Virus record (IMG/VR): IMGVR_UViG_3300043391_000370
Location: 1-64,000 of that record
DNA from: a virus
Taxonomy: Duplodnaviria > Caudoviricetes
Strand: one strand, 5' to 3'
DNA length: 64,000 nucleotides
Position numbers and translations under genes: made by a program. The stretch's first letter is position 1; every line of letters starts with the position of its first letter. Of the stretch, positions 56,001 through 63,515 are shown one piece after another. Under the pieces are notes generated by a model that saw nothing but the letters and a program-made list of their open reading frames with translations, made no database searches and was not told the origin of the DNA.

Positions 56001-58251
56001 CACCAAGAAAATAATTAGTACCATCAAACATAAAAGTGTAAATAGAGGATGCACTAACTGCAGCACTTCTTAAAGTCCAGGTTATTGTATCCGTAGAAGC
56101 AATTAAAATTCCCAAAGTACCCCCGGCAAGATAGATTCCATTACCATATCCTAGTGAAAGAATACCTGATGTACCAAAACCTGAAATGGTTGTTCTTTGA
56201 GTCCAGGTGATTGAGTCTGTAGATGCTGACAGAGTTCCGGTTATTCCACCAGCAACATAAAGATTGTTGCCAAATGTAAATGCCTGGATAATGGTAGAAC
56301 CAAATCCTGATGTTCTTTGAGTCCAAAGAGTTGATACTGCAACACCAGCAGCATAATAAGTCGTACCCTTATATCCAAGAGCATTAATTGTTTGAGTAGT
56401 ACCAAAAGTTCTCAAATTCCAAGTTGATAGTCCAGATGAGAATGCTCCACCACCGGCACCACCACTACCGATGCTTCCAGTATAAGAACTTAGAATACTT
56501 GCTGCTCCATTTGTTCCGGCATTTGAACCACCAGTAACAGTATAACTATTTCCATAATAGTAAGAGGTAACACTACCACCACTATTCGTATTATAAGCAC
56601 CACCGGCACCACCAGTCGGTTGATAAGGTACTGATGGTGATGTTGCATTAATTCCAGTTCCAAGTACAGAAAGACCGGCACCACCAGCAAGACCGGCAGT
56701 TGTATAGAATGGATTTACAGTAGATGCAGTTGCCGCACCTGCTGGACCTGCCGTGACTGCCGTATCAGAAGCACCAGTACCACCGGCAGCACTTAAGGTA
56801 TAAGTAAGTGTCCCGTCAGTAATATGAGGTATTCCAGTCCAGGTTAAAGTTGTTGCGGAACCTGATGATGTACTGTTAACAACATTAAGATTACCAGTAG
56901 TGCCTACAAGATAAAGACCATTTAAGTATTCAGTTGTCCATGCAATACCATAATTCTGAACAAGTGCGGTTCTTTGTGTCCAAACTATCGTATCGGTAGA
57001 AGTCGCAACAAATCCAGTTGGTGCCGATGTAACTCCAATATTAATAGCAGCACCACCAGAAGCAACATAAACACCATTACCATAAGTTATAAACCATGTC
57101 GATGATTTACCAAACCCAGAAGTTCTATAAGTCCAGGTGATTGCATCTGTAGAAGTGGTTAGTACTCCAGCAGAACCACCGACAACATAAAGATTATTCG
57201 CAAACTTAATTGCTTTTACATCAGTATAACCAAATCCAGAAGTTCTTTGTGTCCAGGTGATTGCATCTGTTGAAGTGTTTAGAACTCCACCATTACCAAC
57301 GGCAACAAAAGATGTTCCATAAGCAAAAGTATTAATAGTTGTTGTACCAAAACCAGAAGTTCTTTGTGTCCAGGTAATCGAGTCCGTTGAAGTATTTAAG
57401 ATTCCACTATCACCACCGACAACATAGGTATTGTTTGCATAAAATGAGGTATAAATGTTTGATGTACCAAAACCAGATGAAGTTCTTAAAGTCCAGGCAA
57501 TTGCATCTGTTGAAGTTTGAATCAATCCAGAAAATCCACCAATTACAAAAATATTATTCCCATAAATGATAGACCTACTAACAGTAGTTGGTGCCGCAGA
57601 AGTTCTTAAAGTCCAAATAATTGTATCTGGAGAAGTATATATTGATACAGAAAAGGAAACATAAACACCATTACCATATGCTAATCCAAAAACAGTATTA
57701 TTAGTGGCTCTTGGTCTCCATGTAATACCATCAGTACTTACAGATAATCCACGATTTCCTGCAAGACCACGAGTACCAGGTGTTACGGTAATCGTAGAAG
57801 CACCGGCAAGTTCTGGACGACGAATGATCCAAGAAGCATAGGCACCAGAACCTCCACCGGCAGCGGCACCTAATGTACCTGTTGGTCTTCCTGCTGATCC
57901 CGCACCACCTGCACCAATTGCCTCAATATAAAGAGTCGATGCACTTTGAGGAACATAAAAGGTTTGTGCAAATGGTTGTGTAAACTCCTGAGCACCTTTA
58001 TAAGTTACTGCATTACTTGCCGATGAAGTTAATGGTTTCCAACTGGTTGAACTACTTGAATATGGTGATGTGAGTAAGGTTCCAGTACCACCACCAGAGA
58101 TTACATAATTATCCGATGTCTTTGTGGAGTATAATAAAGATGAAGTATTCGAAGTTCTGAGTGTCCAGGTGATTGAATCCGTCGAACTAAGTACTGCACC
58201 AGTTAATGGACTTGTCGCAATATAAGTATTATTGATGTAATTGATCTTCAT
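50071..58251 (-). CDS. Giant virion-associated repeat protein (2726 aa): Gly-rich scaffold plus 56 STDxxxWTxRT (Asp-box/Ycf48-like) repeats
   Basis: Repeat unit STD(A/T)I(T/A)WTxRTSGFGxxxIxxxxYGNNxYVAGG; Gly-rich domain ending GGDGYVKITWW. Confidence 0.85.
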   Translation of the reverse strand: MKINYINNTYIATSPLTGAVLSSTDSITWTLRTSNTSSLLYSTKTSDNYVISGGGTGTLLTSPYSSSSTSWKPLTSSASNAVTYKGAQEFTQPFAQTFYVPQSASTLYIEAIGAGGAGSAGRPTGTLGAAAGGGSGAYASWIIRRPELAGASTITVTPGTRGLAGNRGLSVSTDGITWRPRATNNTVFGLAYGNGVYVSFSVSIYTSPDTIIWTLRTSAAPTTVSRSIIYGNNIFVIGGFSGLIQTSTDAIAWTLRTSSGFGTSNIYTSFYANNTYVVGGDSGILNTSTDSITWTQRTSGFGTTTINTFAYGTSFVAVGNGGVLNTSTDAITWTQRTSGFGYTDVKAIKFANNLYVVGGSAGVLTTSTDAITWTYRTSGFGKSSTWFITYGNGVYVASGGAAINIGVTSAPTGFVATSTDTIVWTQRTALVQNYGIAWTTEYLNGLYLVGTTGNLNVVNSTSSGSATTLTWTGIPHITDGTLTYTLSAAGGTGASDTAVTAGPAGAATASTVNPFYTTAGLAGGAGLSVLGTGINATSPSVPYQPTGGAGGAYNTNSGGSVTSYYYGNSYTVTGGSNAGTNGAASILSSYTGSIGSGGAGGGAFSSGLSTWNLRTFGTTQTINALGYKGTTYYAAGVAVSTLWTQRTSGFGSTIIQAFTFGNNLYVAGGITGTLSASTDSITWTQRTTISGFGTSGILSLGYGNGIYLAGGTLGILIASTDTITWTLRSAAVSASSIYTFMFDGTNYFLGATSGIINTSTDTIAWTLRTSGFGTSGIGNFAAGNGLIYASGQPNPYLASGAGGTIRVSTDSISWVSRTSSGFGTSNINSLLYANNLYLAGGQGGVLNTSTNTIVWTLRTAGFGTVFINTLSYGNGVYVAGGQVNSGTNTVTTSTDGITWVTRTSGFGGSTIGQLLYNSGSFYAAGSGGTIATALDAQVSSFGNGAHFSISTDTINWTLRTTGINTQTITTTFSDNTFYLAGGTNYINEGFIIASTDTINWTSRNPGIANNQPITALGYNNGLYLAGGATITTMWNQRTSGFGTSAIATLAFGNNFYAAAGAGGLLTASTDTISWAIRTSGFGTTAIGAMTFFNNEFVAGGASVSTIWFLRTAGFGTSTISTLAFGNNIYLAASNITTRTSTDAIAWTTRTTSTSPSIINTATFFNGEILIGGANIIWDQRTSGFGTSAIYTSIYDGTNFLAAGTGGRLVVSTDGIAWTSRTSGTAATIGQSSGGNGLLYVAGKSGSATTGNEPYVLSGGSGLLRTSTDTIAWTQRTATTLSIVAIAYGDSPISTYVFTSSVTVFTSTDAIRWTIRTSGDVTNSIQSLNYSSLPTPTYLLTRNAGVIQTSTDAITWTARTSGTANALYQSLYAGVYVVSGVSGTILTSTDAIAWTLRTAGVIQSFVGLAHNSGVYVASGVAGANISSTDAITWTLRTSGFGGTTIRALVYGNNTYLNGGDAGTLTSTTQTTLANLGDGGVISASTDAINWTLRTTGFLNLDKITTLGSGGSYSFLTGTNYLSAVNGNLQVSTNNIVWTQRTSGTTLAINAFGYTNNLYVAAGATLSTLWTTRTTTGFGTSSINALTYGNNFYIAGGDAGIINTSTDSINWILRTSGFGTTLINALTYGTSFVAGGAAGTLTTSTDRITWELRTSGFGTSIIYETTYSSDLGIYIAGGDAGTLTSSTDTITWTAQTSGFGTSTIYAGLYSTVDGLYLIGGASGTITYSRDSTSWIVQTSGLGTTDIRAISYGATLYLAGGNGGLVSSSTDSVVWTLRTSGFGANNILGLTYGQSVFTAVGVNGVSATSTNAITWILRTSGFGTSQINALTFGNNIYFAGGASGTLTTSNDTVLSSFGNGAYLSSSTDTITWTLRSTGLNTQTITTLTTSESLYVAAGTNYIGQPFLTTSTDTINWALQTSGFGVSVINTLVYNNNVYASGGVAGTQLVSTDAIVWTLRTSGFGTSAITASVYGNQTFVMSGITGRMISTPQSILGSFGTGVTLNASTDTITWTVRSTALNIQTLTAVNGGTLVPFSTWTQRTSGFGSSVIYALTYGNGLYVAAGGGGTIVTSTDTITWTQRTSNGMVDNFITSTYANNTYFLSGDGGFLNTSTDGIVWQYRTTPATQTWSIIYANNQYVTGNQSGNLSTSTDSLTWTLRTCSGFGSSYIFSVVYGNNLYVAAGDSAILNTSTDAITWTQRTSGFGTTIIYSLVYGNGLYVAASIGGGPSLGTSTDAITWTLRTSGFTGGSIWSLLYANNLYVIGGDGGRLNISTDAITWTLRNPGFGTSIVRAQLLFANNILVAGGYGGTITTSTTTQLSYNLATGTNYLGNARSLIASTDNITWSERTSGFGATQINAFTAGTLFVAGGNGGLLGTSTDSIVWTSRTTGFGTSSILALTYGTIYIAGGAATLRTSTDAIAWTTRTTGFGTINVNSIIYVYGDGIYVASGNSAISRTSTDGIVWTARTSGFGTTAISTSVYGNNNYLLAGAAGTLTASTQTLLSSYGVNGAYFAVSADTASWTLRTTVMTNVQSITALTYDSNYYVAATSDYFGVTNTIITSTDTISWVLRTTGFGTTNINAVSYGTVFFAGGNAGLLRTSTDTIIWEQRTTGFGTSAIFRLSYLNSIYYAVGAGGVIRLSTDAITWTSRTSTTTNLLNSITYGAAGYAAAGVSGTLSSSSITSIGIAGDGGNGDRGGGGGGGAYADENQTFGVGGDGGDGYVKITWW

Positions 58252-58304
58252 CTATTATACACCTTTCTGTTGGAAATTATAATTCAACGGACACATTTTA
58301 ATTC

Positions 58305-58311
58305 TATTTAG
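58305..58311 (-). promoter_or_regulatory. Late-type promoter CTAAATA between the two giant genes
   Basis: Within the 83-nt intergenic gap; RBS-like AAAGGTG precedes the ATG at 58251. Confidence 0.5.
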
Positions 58312-58334
58312 ATTGATTACAAAATGGTAATATA

Positions 58335-61300
58335 CTAATATCCAGAAGTTCTCTGAGTCCAGGTAATTGTATCTGTTGAGACTGCAAAGGAACTACCTGT
58401 ATCACTTGCAATATAAAGACTATCCTTACCAACAAAGGTAATATCATCCACAGAAGAAGTTCCAAATCCAGAAGTTCTTAAGTACCAAGTAACAGTATCA
58501 ATTGAAGTAGCAATTGTTCCAGAATCACCAACAATAAAATAAGTTGCATTATAATATTTAACACCATTAATTATTGTTCCCATAGTAATTCCTGTTGCTC
58601 TTGTAGTCCAGATAATTGAATCCGTCGATGCCGCAATTATTCCAGGTCTTCTATCATAATCTGAGAACGATGCCAGATAATATTGACTTCCCAAAATAAC
58701 ATGATCTAATTGCTGTACGTTCACAGAAGAAGTTCTTAATCTCCAGGAAATTGCATCGGTGGAAACAATAATAGTGGCACCATCTCCACGATTCGTTAGA
58801 GAACTATAAGTTCCGGTAGCAACATAACCAAATGATGAAACCTGAACATAAGTATCATTATTATAAGCAATACCATTAATTATATCAGTAATACCAGAGG
58901 TTCTGGCAATCCAGATTACACCATCAGTTGAAGCAGAGTTACCACCACCACCAGAAGTTACATAAAGATTATTGGCATATAATACATTTCGAGTACCACC
59001 CGTAGCAACAGTTCTTAAAGTCCAGGTGATTGAATCTGTGGATGTTTGAATAATTCCAGCACCAGATGGAGAAATGTGTCCAGCAACATAAAGATTTGTA
59101 CCATTATAAGTTATACCATTAATTGGATATCCTGGTTGCCTATAAGCAGATGTTCTTAATACCCAAGAAACGGCATTTGTGGAAACTGCAATTGATGTAT
59201 TGCCATCAAAATCACTAAATCCACCGACAAACTTCAGACCATCATAGAAAAAGGTATTTGCATCTTGAACATTTGATACTGTGGTTCTAACAAACCAGTT
59301 AATGGTGTCTGTAGATGCCGATAAGAATGCACCATTACCTGGATTAGTGAGTGATGCATAGGTTGCCGTACCCAGAATACCAAGCTCTCCAGAAAAAATA
59401 AATTGATTATTTGCATAACTTAAAGTAAAAATATTTCGGGTTACTCCAGAAGTTCTAAGAGACCAAGTAATTGTGTCTGTTGAGATTGCTGTGCCACCTG
59501 TAGATGCACTAACAACATAAAGTCCATTATCATAAGCAAATGAATAGATAGTTGTTGAACCAAATCCAGAAGTTCTTAGTGTCCAGGTGATTGCATCTGT
59601 TGAAGTGTTTAAAGTTCCACCACCGGCACCACCAAGAATATAAGTACCGTTCTGATACAACATTCCATAGATTGTTGCACCAGTACCTGATATGCCAGCA
59701 GTTCTTAACGTCCAGGTGATAGTATCTGTCGATGTTATAATAGGTGGAATTTCACCAGATCTCCCACCACCACCAGCAACATAAAGACCATTACCATAGA
59801 TTAATCCTCGACTATCTCCAGTATTAGTAAGTCCGGTTGTTCTTAGTGACCAGAAAATTGCATTTGTCGAAACTGAAATTACACAATCATTTGCAACACC
59901 AAGAGATTCTCCAGAAACACCAGAACCAACATAAAGACCATTAACATAGATTAGTGCTCGATAAAATGCGGTTGTTCCAGAAGTTCTTTGTGTCCAGGCA
60001 ATTGCATTTGTTGAAGACGTAATGGTTCCACCCCGACCATTCAAAACATAAGTACCGGCATTATAAACAAACCCATGTATTGCACTCGTACCAAATCCAG
60101 AAGTTCTAGCAGTCCAGGTGATTGTATCCGTAGAAGCAATTAAGAGTCCACTATTGCCACCAGTAACGTAAAAACCATTCTGATAAATTACTGTTCCCAT
60201 TCCACCAAATCCAGAAGTTCTTAAAGTCCAGGCAACAGTAGGATTCAAACCACCAATCAAATAAAATCCACCACCAAAATAAACAGTATTTACAGTCTTA
60301 CCATAAGACCTAGAAGTTCTTAAAATCCAGGTGATATTATCAGTCGAAGCAGAAGTCACACCAGGAATTGAGAAATAATCAGTTCCGGAAGCAACATAAT
60401 AAGAACTCGAAGCAGTTAGTTTATCAACCTGAACCATTCCTGATGATGTGGTTCTTGTAGTCCAGGAGACTGCATCAGTAGAAACATTCAGTCTTGCACC
60501 ATTACCTAAGGTTGTTAAGATACTTGCAGATGCTGATTGAAGTCTTCCTGTGGTTCCAGAAGTTATGAAAGTATTATTACCGGCAGCAGCACGATGCATT
60601 AAAGTAACAGATTGACTTATAGTAGATGTTCTTGATATCCAAATGATTCCATCAGTTGATGTTCTTGTAGAACCTCCAGCAGTAGCAAGCACAAAAATAT
60701 TATTTGCATATACTAAATCTCTAGATATTGATGTTCCTAGTGACCCAGTTCTTAATGTCCAAGTGATTGTATCTGTGGAAGTTTGTATAATGCCATTATT
60801 ATCACTCGAAACAGTAACATAAAGATTTGAACCATTTGTACTAAGAACTGCAGTATAATTTGATGCTGCAGCAGTTCTTGCAGTCCAGTTAATCGTATCT
60901 GTGGAAACTGCAAGTGTTGTATTGGAATTATAATTACTCAGAGCAGCAAGATAAAGTGAAGAACTGGAAGTGATCGCATCTACTTGCTGAACATTCGGTA
61001 TTGAAGTTCTTATGTCCCAGGTGATATTATCAGTAGAGGTTGATAGAAGTGCTCCGTTTCCTAGATTTGTGAGTTGTGAGTATGTTGCCGTGGTTAGAGT
61101 TCCATTATCACCACCAGCAACATAAGTATTATTGCCAAAGGTTAATCCAATTATACGAGTTGAACCAAATCCAGAAGTTCTTTGTGTCCAAGTGATAGTA
61201 TCTGTTGAAATGATTAATGTTCCACTATTACCTGAAGCAACATAAAGATTATTTCCATAAAGAAACTCATATAAATTAACTGCAGTTCCAGAAGTTCTAA

Positions 61301-63479
61301 AAGTCCAGGCAATTGTATCTGTTGAAGTGGTTATAAGTCCACCATTACCACCGGCAACATAAGTATTGTTTCCATAAACTAATGATTGAATTGCATTCGT
61401 ACCAAATCCAGAAGTTCTAAATGTCCAAGTGATTGCATCTGAGGATGTTGCTAAGGTTCCAACAACACCACCAGCAACATAAAAATTATTACCAAATGTA
61501 AGTGTTTGAATATTAGTATTGCCAAATCCTGAAGTTCTATAAGTCCAAGTGATTGCATCTGTTGAAGTGGTTATAGTTCCACCCGTACCACCAGCAACAT
61601 AAAGGTTATTTGCATAAGTAATTTCAAATATACTACTTGTACCAAATCCAGAAGTTCTCTGCTCCCAAGTAATAGTATCTGTTGAAGTCGATAATACATT
61701 TGCACCAAATGCATTAGCAACATAAAGATTATTTCCATATGTTATTGCAAAAATTTCAGTTGTACCAAATCCAGAAGTTCTCAAAATCCAACTGATTGAA
61801 TCAGTCGAAGTACTTATGAGACCATTTCTTCCATTAATTGTATAAAAATTATTTGCAAAAAGGATATTACTTATTTGTTCTGCAGTTCCAGAAGTTCTTA
61901 AAGTCCAACTTACAACAAGACTTAAACCACCAACCAAATATCTACTATCATCGGCATAAAGTGAAGTAATCGCATTTCCACTCACACCAGCAGTTCTTAA
62001 AGTCCAAATGATATTATTTGTAGATACAGAAATAATACCTCCCACACCAGCATAAGTACAATTTGATGCAAGATAATATGAGGAATTAGAAGCAAAATAA
62101 TCGACTTGTGCAATACCTGATGTTGTGGTTCTTGTAGTCCAGGATACTGCATCGGTAGAAGCAGTTAGAAGAGCACCATTATCAAGAAGTCCTGATGCCG
62201 TGGTTAAAGTTCCACCACTACCACCAGCAACATAAAGATTGTTTACATAACGTAACATACTAATAAGTGATGTACCAAATCCAGAAGTTCTATAAGTCCA
62301 GGTGATTGCATCTGTTGAAGTGGTTAATCTTCCATTATCACCACCAGCAACATAAGTATTGTTTGCATAAAGTAAAGATAGAATATGTGTAGAACCAAAT
62401 CCAGAAGTTCTTAAAGTCCAGGCAATTGTATCTGTTGAAGTGTTTAGAGTTCCACCAGTACCACCTACAATATAAGTATTGTTTGCATAAAGTACGGAAC
62501 GAATCTGTGATGCACCAAATCCAGAAGTTCTTTGAGTCCAAGTGATTGAATCAGTTGAAGTGTTTAGAACTCCACTAAACCCACCAGCAACATAAAGATT
62601 ATTTGCATAAATTAAAGGAATAATAACTGTTGCACCAAATCCAGAAGTTCTTAGTGTCCAGGCAATTGAGTCTGTCGAAACTGATATTCCACCATCACCT
62701 GCAATATAATAATTACTGTTTGCATAAATTAATGATGCAATAGTTACCGAAACACCAGAAGTTCTTAGTGTCCAGGCAATTGAGTCTGTTGAAGTGTTTA
62801 GAGTTCCACCAGCACCAGCAGTAACATAAAAATTATTTTCAAAAATAATTGCTCTTATGGTACTTACACCAAATCCAGAAGTTCTTTGAGTCCAATTATT
62901 CAAAGAATCATAAAGACCACCAGCAAGAAAATATCCCTGACCAAAGACTACATCATTAATATCAACACTACCAAACCCAGAAGTTCTTAATGTCCAGGTA
63001 ATTGTATCAGTATATCCACCGGCAACAAAGTATCCATTTCCATAGGTTACGTCATTAACTGTAGTAGTTCCAAATCCTGAAGTTCTTAAAGTCCAACTTA
63101 AACTTCTATCCGTGTCACCACCGGCAAGGTAAATATTATTCCCATAAACAACATCATACAATATCGCATTTGAAGCAGACGTTCTTAAAGTCCAAGATAC
63201 TGCATCCGTAGAAGTATTTAATATTCCTGTACTACTTCCTCCAACGGCAACATAAAGATTATTGGAATAAAGGAGTCCGTTAATATTATCTGTACCAAAA
63301 CCAGCAGTTCTTAAAATCCAGACAACTCCTGGAGATGGATCAACTTGCAAAAAGGTATTAGCAGCTGCCGTTGTAACTGATGCAAATGAGGCATTATCTA
63401 CATACTCTTTGTTTACAACATCAGTAGAATTGGATACTACACTTACATCAATAACCTTATTACTGTCTAATGTTGCCAT
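58335..63479 (-). CDS. Giant repeat protein (1714 aa) with 40 WTxRT repeats
   Basis: Same repeat family as 50071..58251; N-terminus has a DVVNKEYVD fibre-type motif. Confidence 0.85.
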   Translation of the reverse strand: MATLDSNKVIDVSVVSNSTDVVNKEYVDNASFASVTTAAANTFLQVDPSPGVVWILRTAGFGTDNINGLLYSNNLYVAVGGSSTGILNTSTDAVSWTLRTSASNAILYDVVYGNNIYLAGGDTDRSLSWTLRTSGFGTTTVNDVTYGNGYFVAGGYTDTITWTLRTSGFGSVDINDVVFGQGYFLAGGLYDSLNNWTQRTSGFGVSTIRAIIFENNFYVTAGAGGTLNTSTDSIAWTLRTSGVSVTIASLIYANSNYYIAGDGGISVSTDSIAWTLRTSGFGATVIIPLIYANNLYVAGGFSGVLNTSTDSITWTQRTSGFGASQIRSVLYANNTYIVGGTGGTLNTSTDTIAWTLRTSGFGSTHILSLLYANNTYVAGGDNGRLTTSTDAITWTYRTSGFGTSLISMLRYVNNLYVAGGSGGTLTTASGLLDNGALLTASTDAVSWTTRTTTSGIAQVDYFASNSSYYLASNCTYAGVGGIISVSTNNIIWTLRTAGVSGNAITSLYADDSRYLVGGLSLVVSWTLRTSGTAEQISNILFANNFYTINGRNGLISTSTDSISWILRTSGFGTTEIFAITYGNNLYVANAFGANVLSTSTDTITWEQRTSGFGTSSIFEITYANNLYVAGGTGGTITTSTDAITWTYRTSGFGNTNIQTLTFGNNFYVAGGVVGTLATSSDAITWTFRTSGFGTNAIQSLVYGNNTYVAGGNGGLITTSTDTIAWTFRTSGTAVNLYEFLYGNNLYVASGNSGTLIISTDTITWTQRTSGFGSTRIIGLTFGNNTYVAGGDNGTLTTATYSQLTNLGNGALLSTSTDNITWDIRTSIPNVQQVDAITSSSSLYLAALSNYNSNTTLAVSTDTINWTARTAAASNYTAVLSTNGSNLYVTVSSDNNGIIQTSTDTITWTLRTGSLGTSISRDLVYANNIFVLATAGGSTRTSTDGIIWISRTSTISQSVTLMHRAAAGNNTFITSGTTGRLQSASASILTTLGNGARLNVSTDAVSWTTRTTSSGMVQVDKLTASSSYYVASGTDYFSIPGVTSASTDNITWILRTSRSYGKTVNTVYFGGGFYLIGGLNPTVAWTLRTSGFGGMGTVIYQNGFYVTGGNSGLLIASTDTITWTARTSGFGTSAIHGFVYNAGTYVLNGRGGTITSSTNAIAWTQRTSGTTAFYRALIYVNGLYVGSGVSGESLGVANDCVISVSTNAIFWSLRTTGLTNTGDSRGLIYGNGLYVAGGGGRSGEIPPIITSTDTITWTLRTAGISGTGATIYGMLYQNGTYILGGAGGGTLNTSTDAITWTLRTSGFGSTTIYSFAYDNGLYVVSASTGGTAISTDTITWSLRTSGVTRNIFTLSYANNQFIFSGELGILGTATYASLTNPGNGAFLSASTDTINWFVRTTVSNVQDANTFFYDGLKFVGGFSDFDGNTSIAVSTNAVSWVLRTSAYRQPGYPINGITYNGTNLYVAGHISPSGAGIIQTSTDSITWTLRTVATGGTRNVLYANNLYVTSGGGGNSASTDGVIWIARTSGITDIINGIAYNNDTYVQVSSFGYVATGTYSSLTNRGDGATIIVSTDAISWRLRTSSVNVQQLDHVILGSQYYLASFSDYDRRPGIIAASTDSIIWTTRATGITMGTIINGVKYYNATYFIVGDSGTIATSIDTVTWYLRTSGFGTSSVDDITFVGKDSLYIASDTGSSFAVSTDTITWTQRTSGY

Positions 63480-63515
63480 TTACTTCGAGTCTCCGTAATG
63501 ATATTTATTGATCAT

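Noticed and set aside
58252-58337. Stop read-through, T4 gene 60-like ribosomal bypass or an intron joining the two giant genes
   Set aside because: Read-through meets TAA after 5 codons, and in-frame TAA TAG sit directly before the downstream ATG. There is no matching in-frame landing codon in the gap, and the gap is short, AT-rich and has its own promoter and RBS.
50071-63479. CRISPR-like periodic DNA repeats (e.g. GTCCAGGTGATTGCATCTGTTGAAGT every ~120-130 bp)
   Set aside because: They are the conserved STDAITWT part of in-frame protein repeats inside long ORFs, vary at wobble positions, and no cas operon is present.
50071-63479. Photosystem II assembly factor (Ycf48/Hcf136) auxiliary metabolic genes
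   Set aside because: Only generic Asp-box-like propeller repeats are shared. Size, late promoters and fibre-like N-terminus point to structural proteins, and no psbA, psbD or hli genes were seen in this window.
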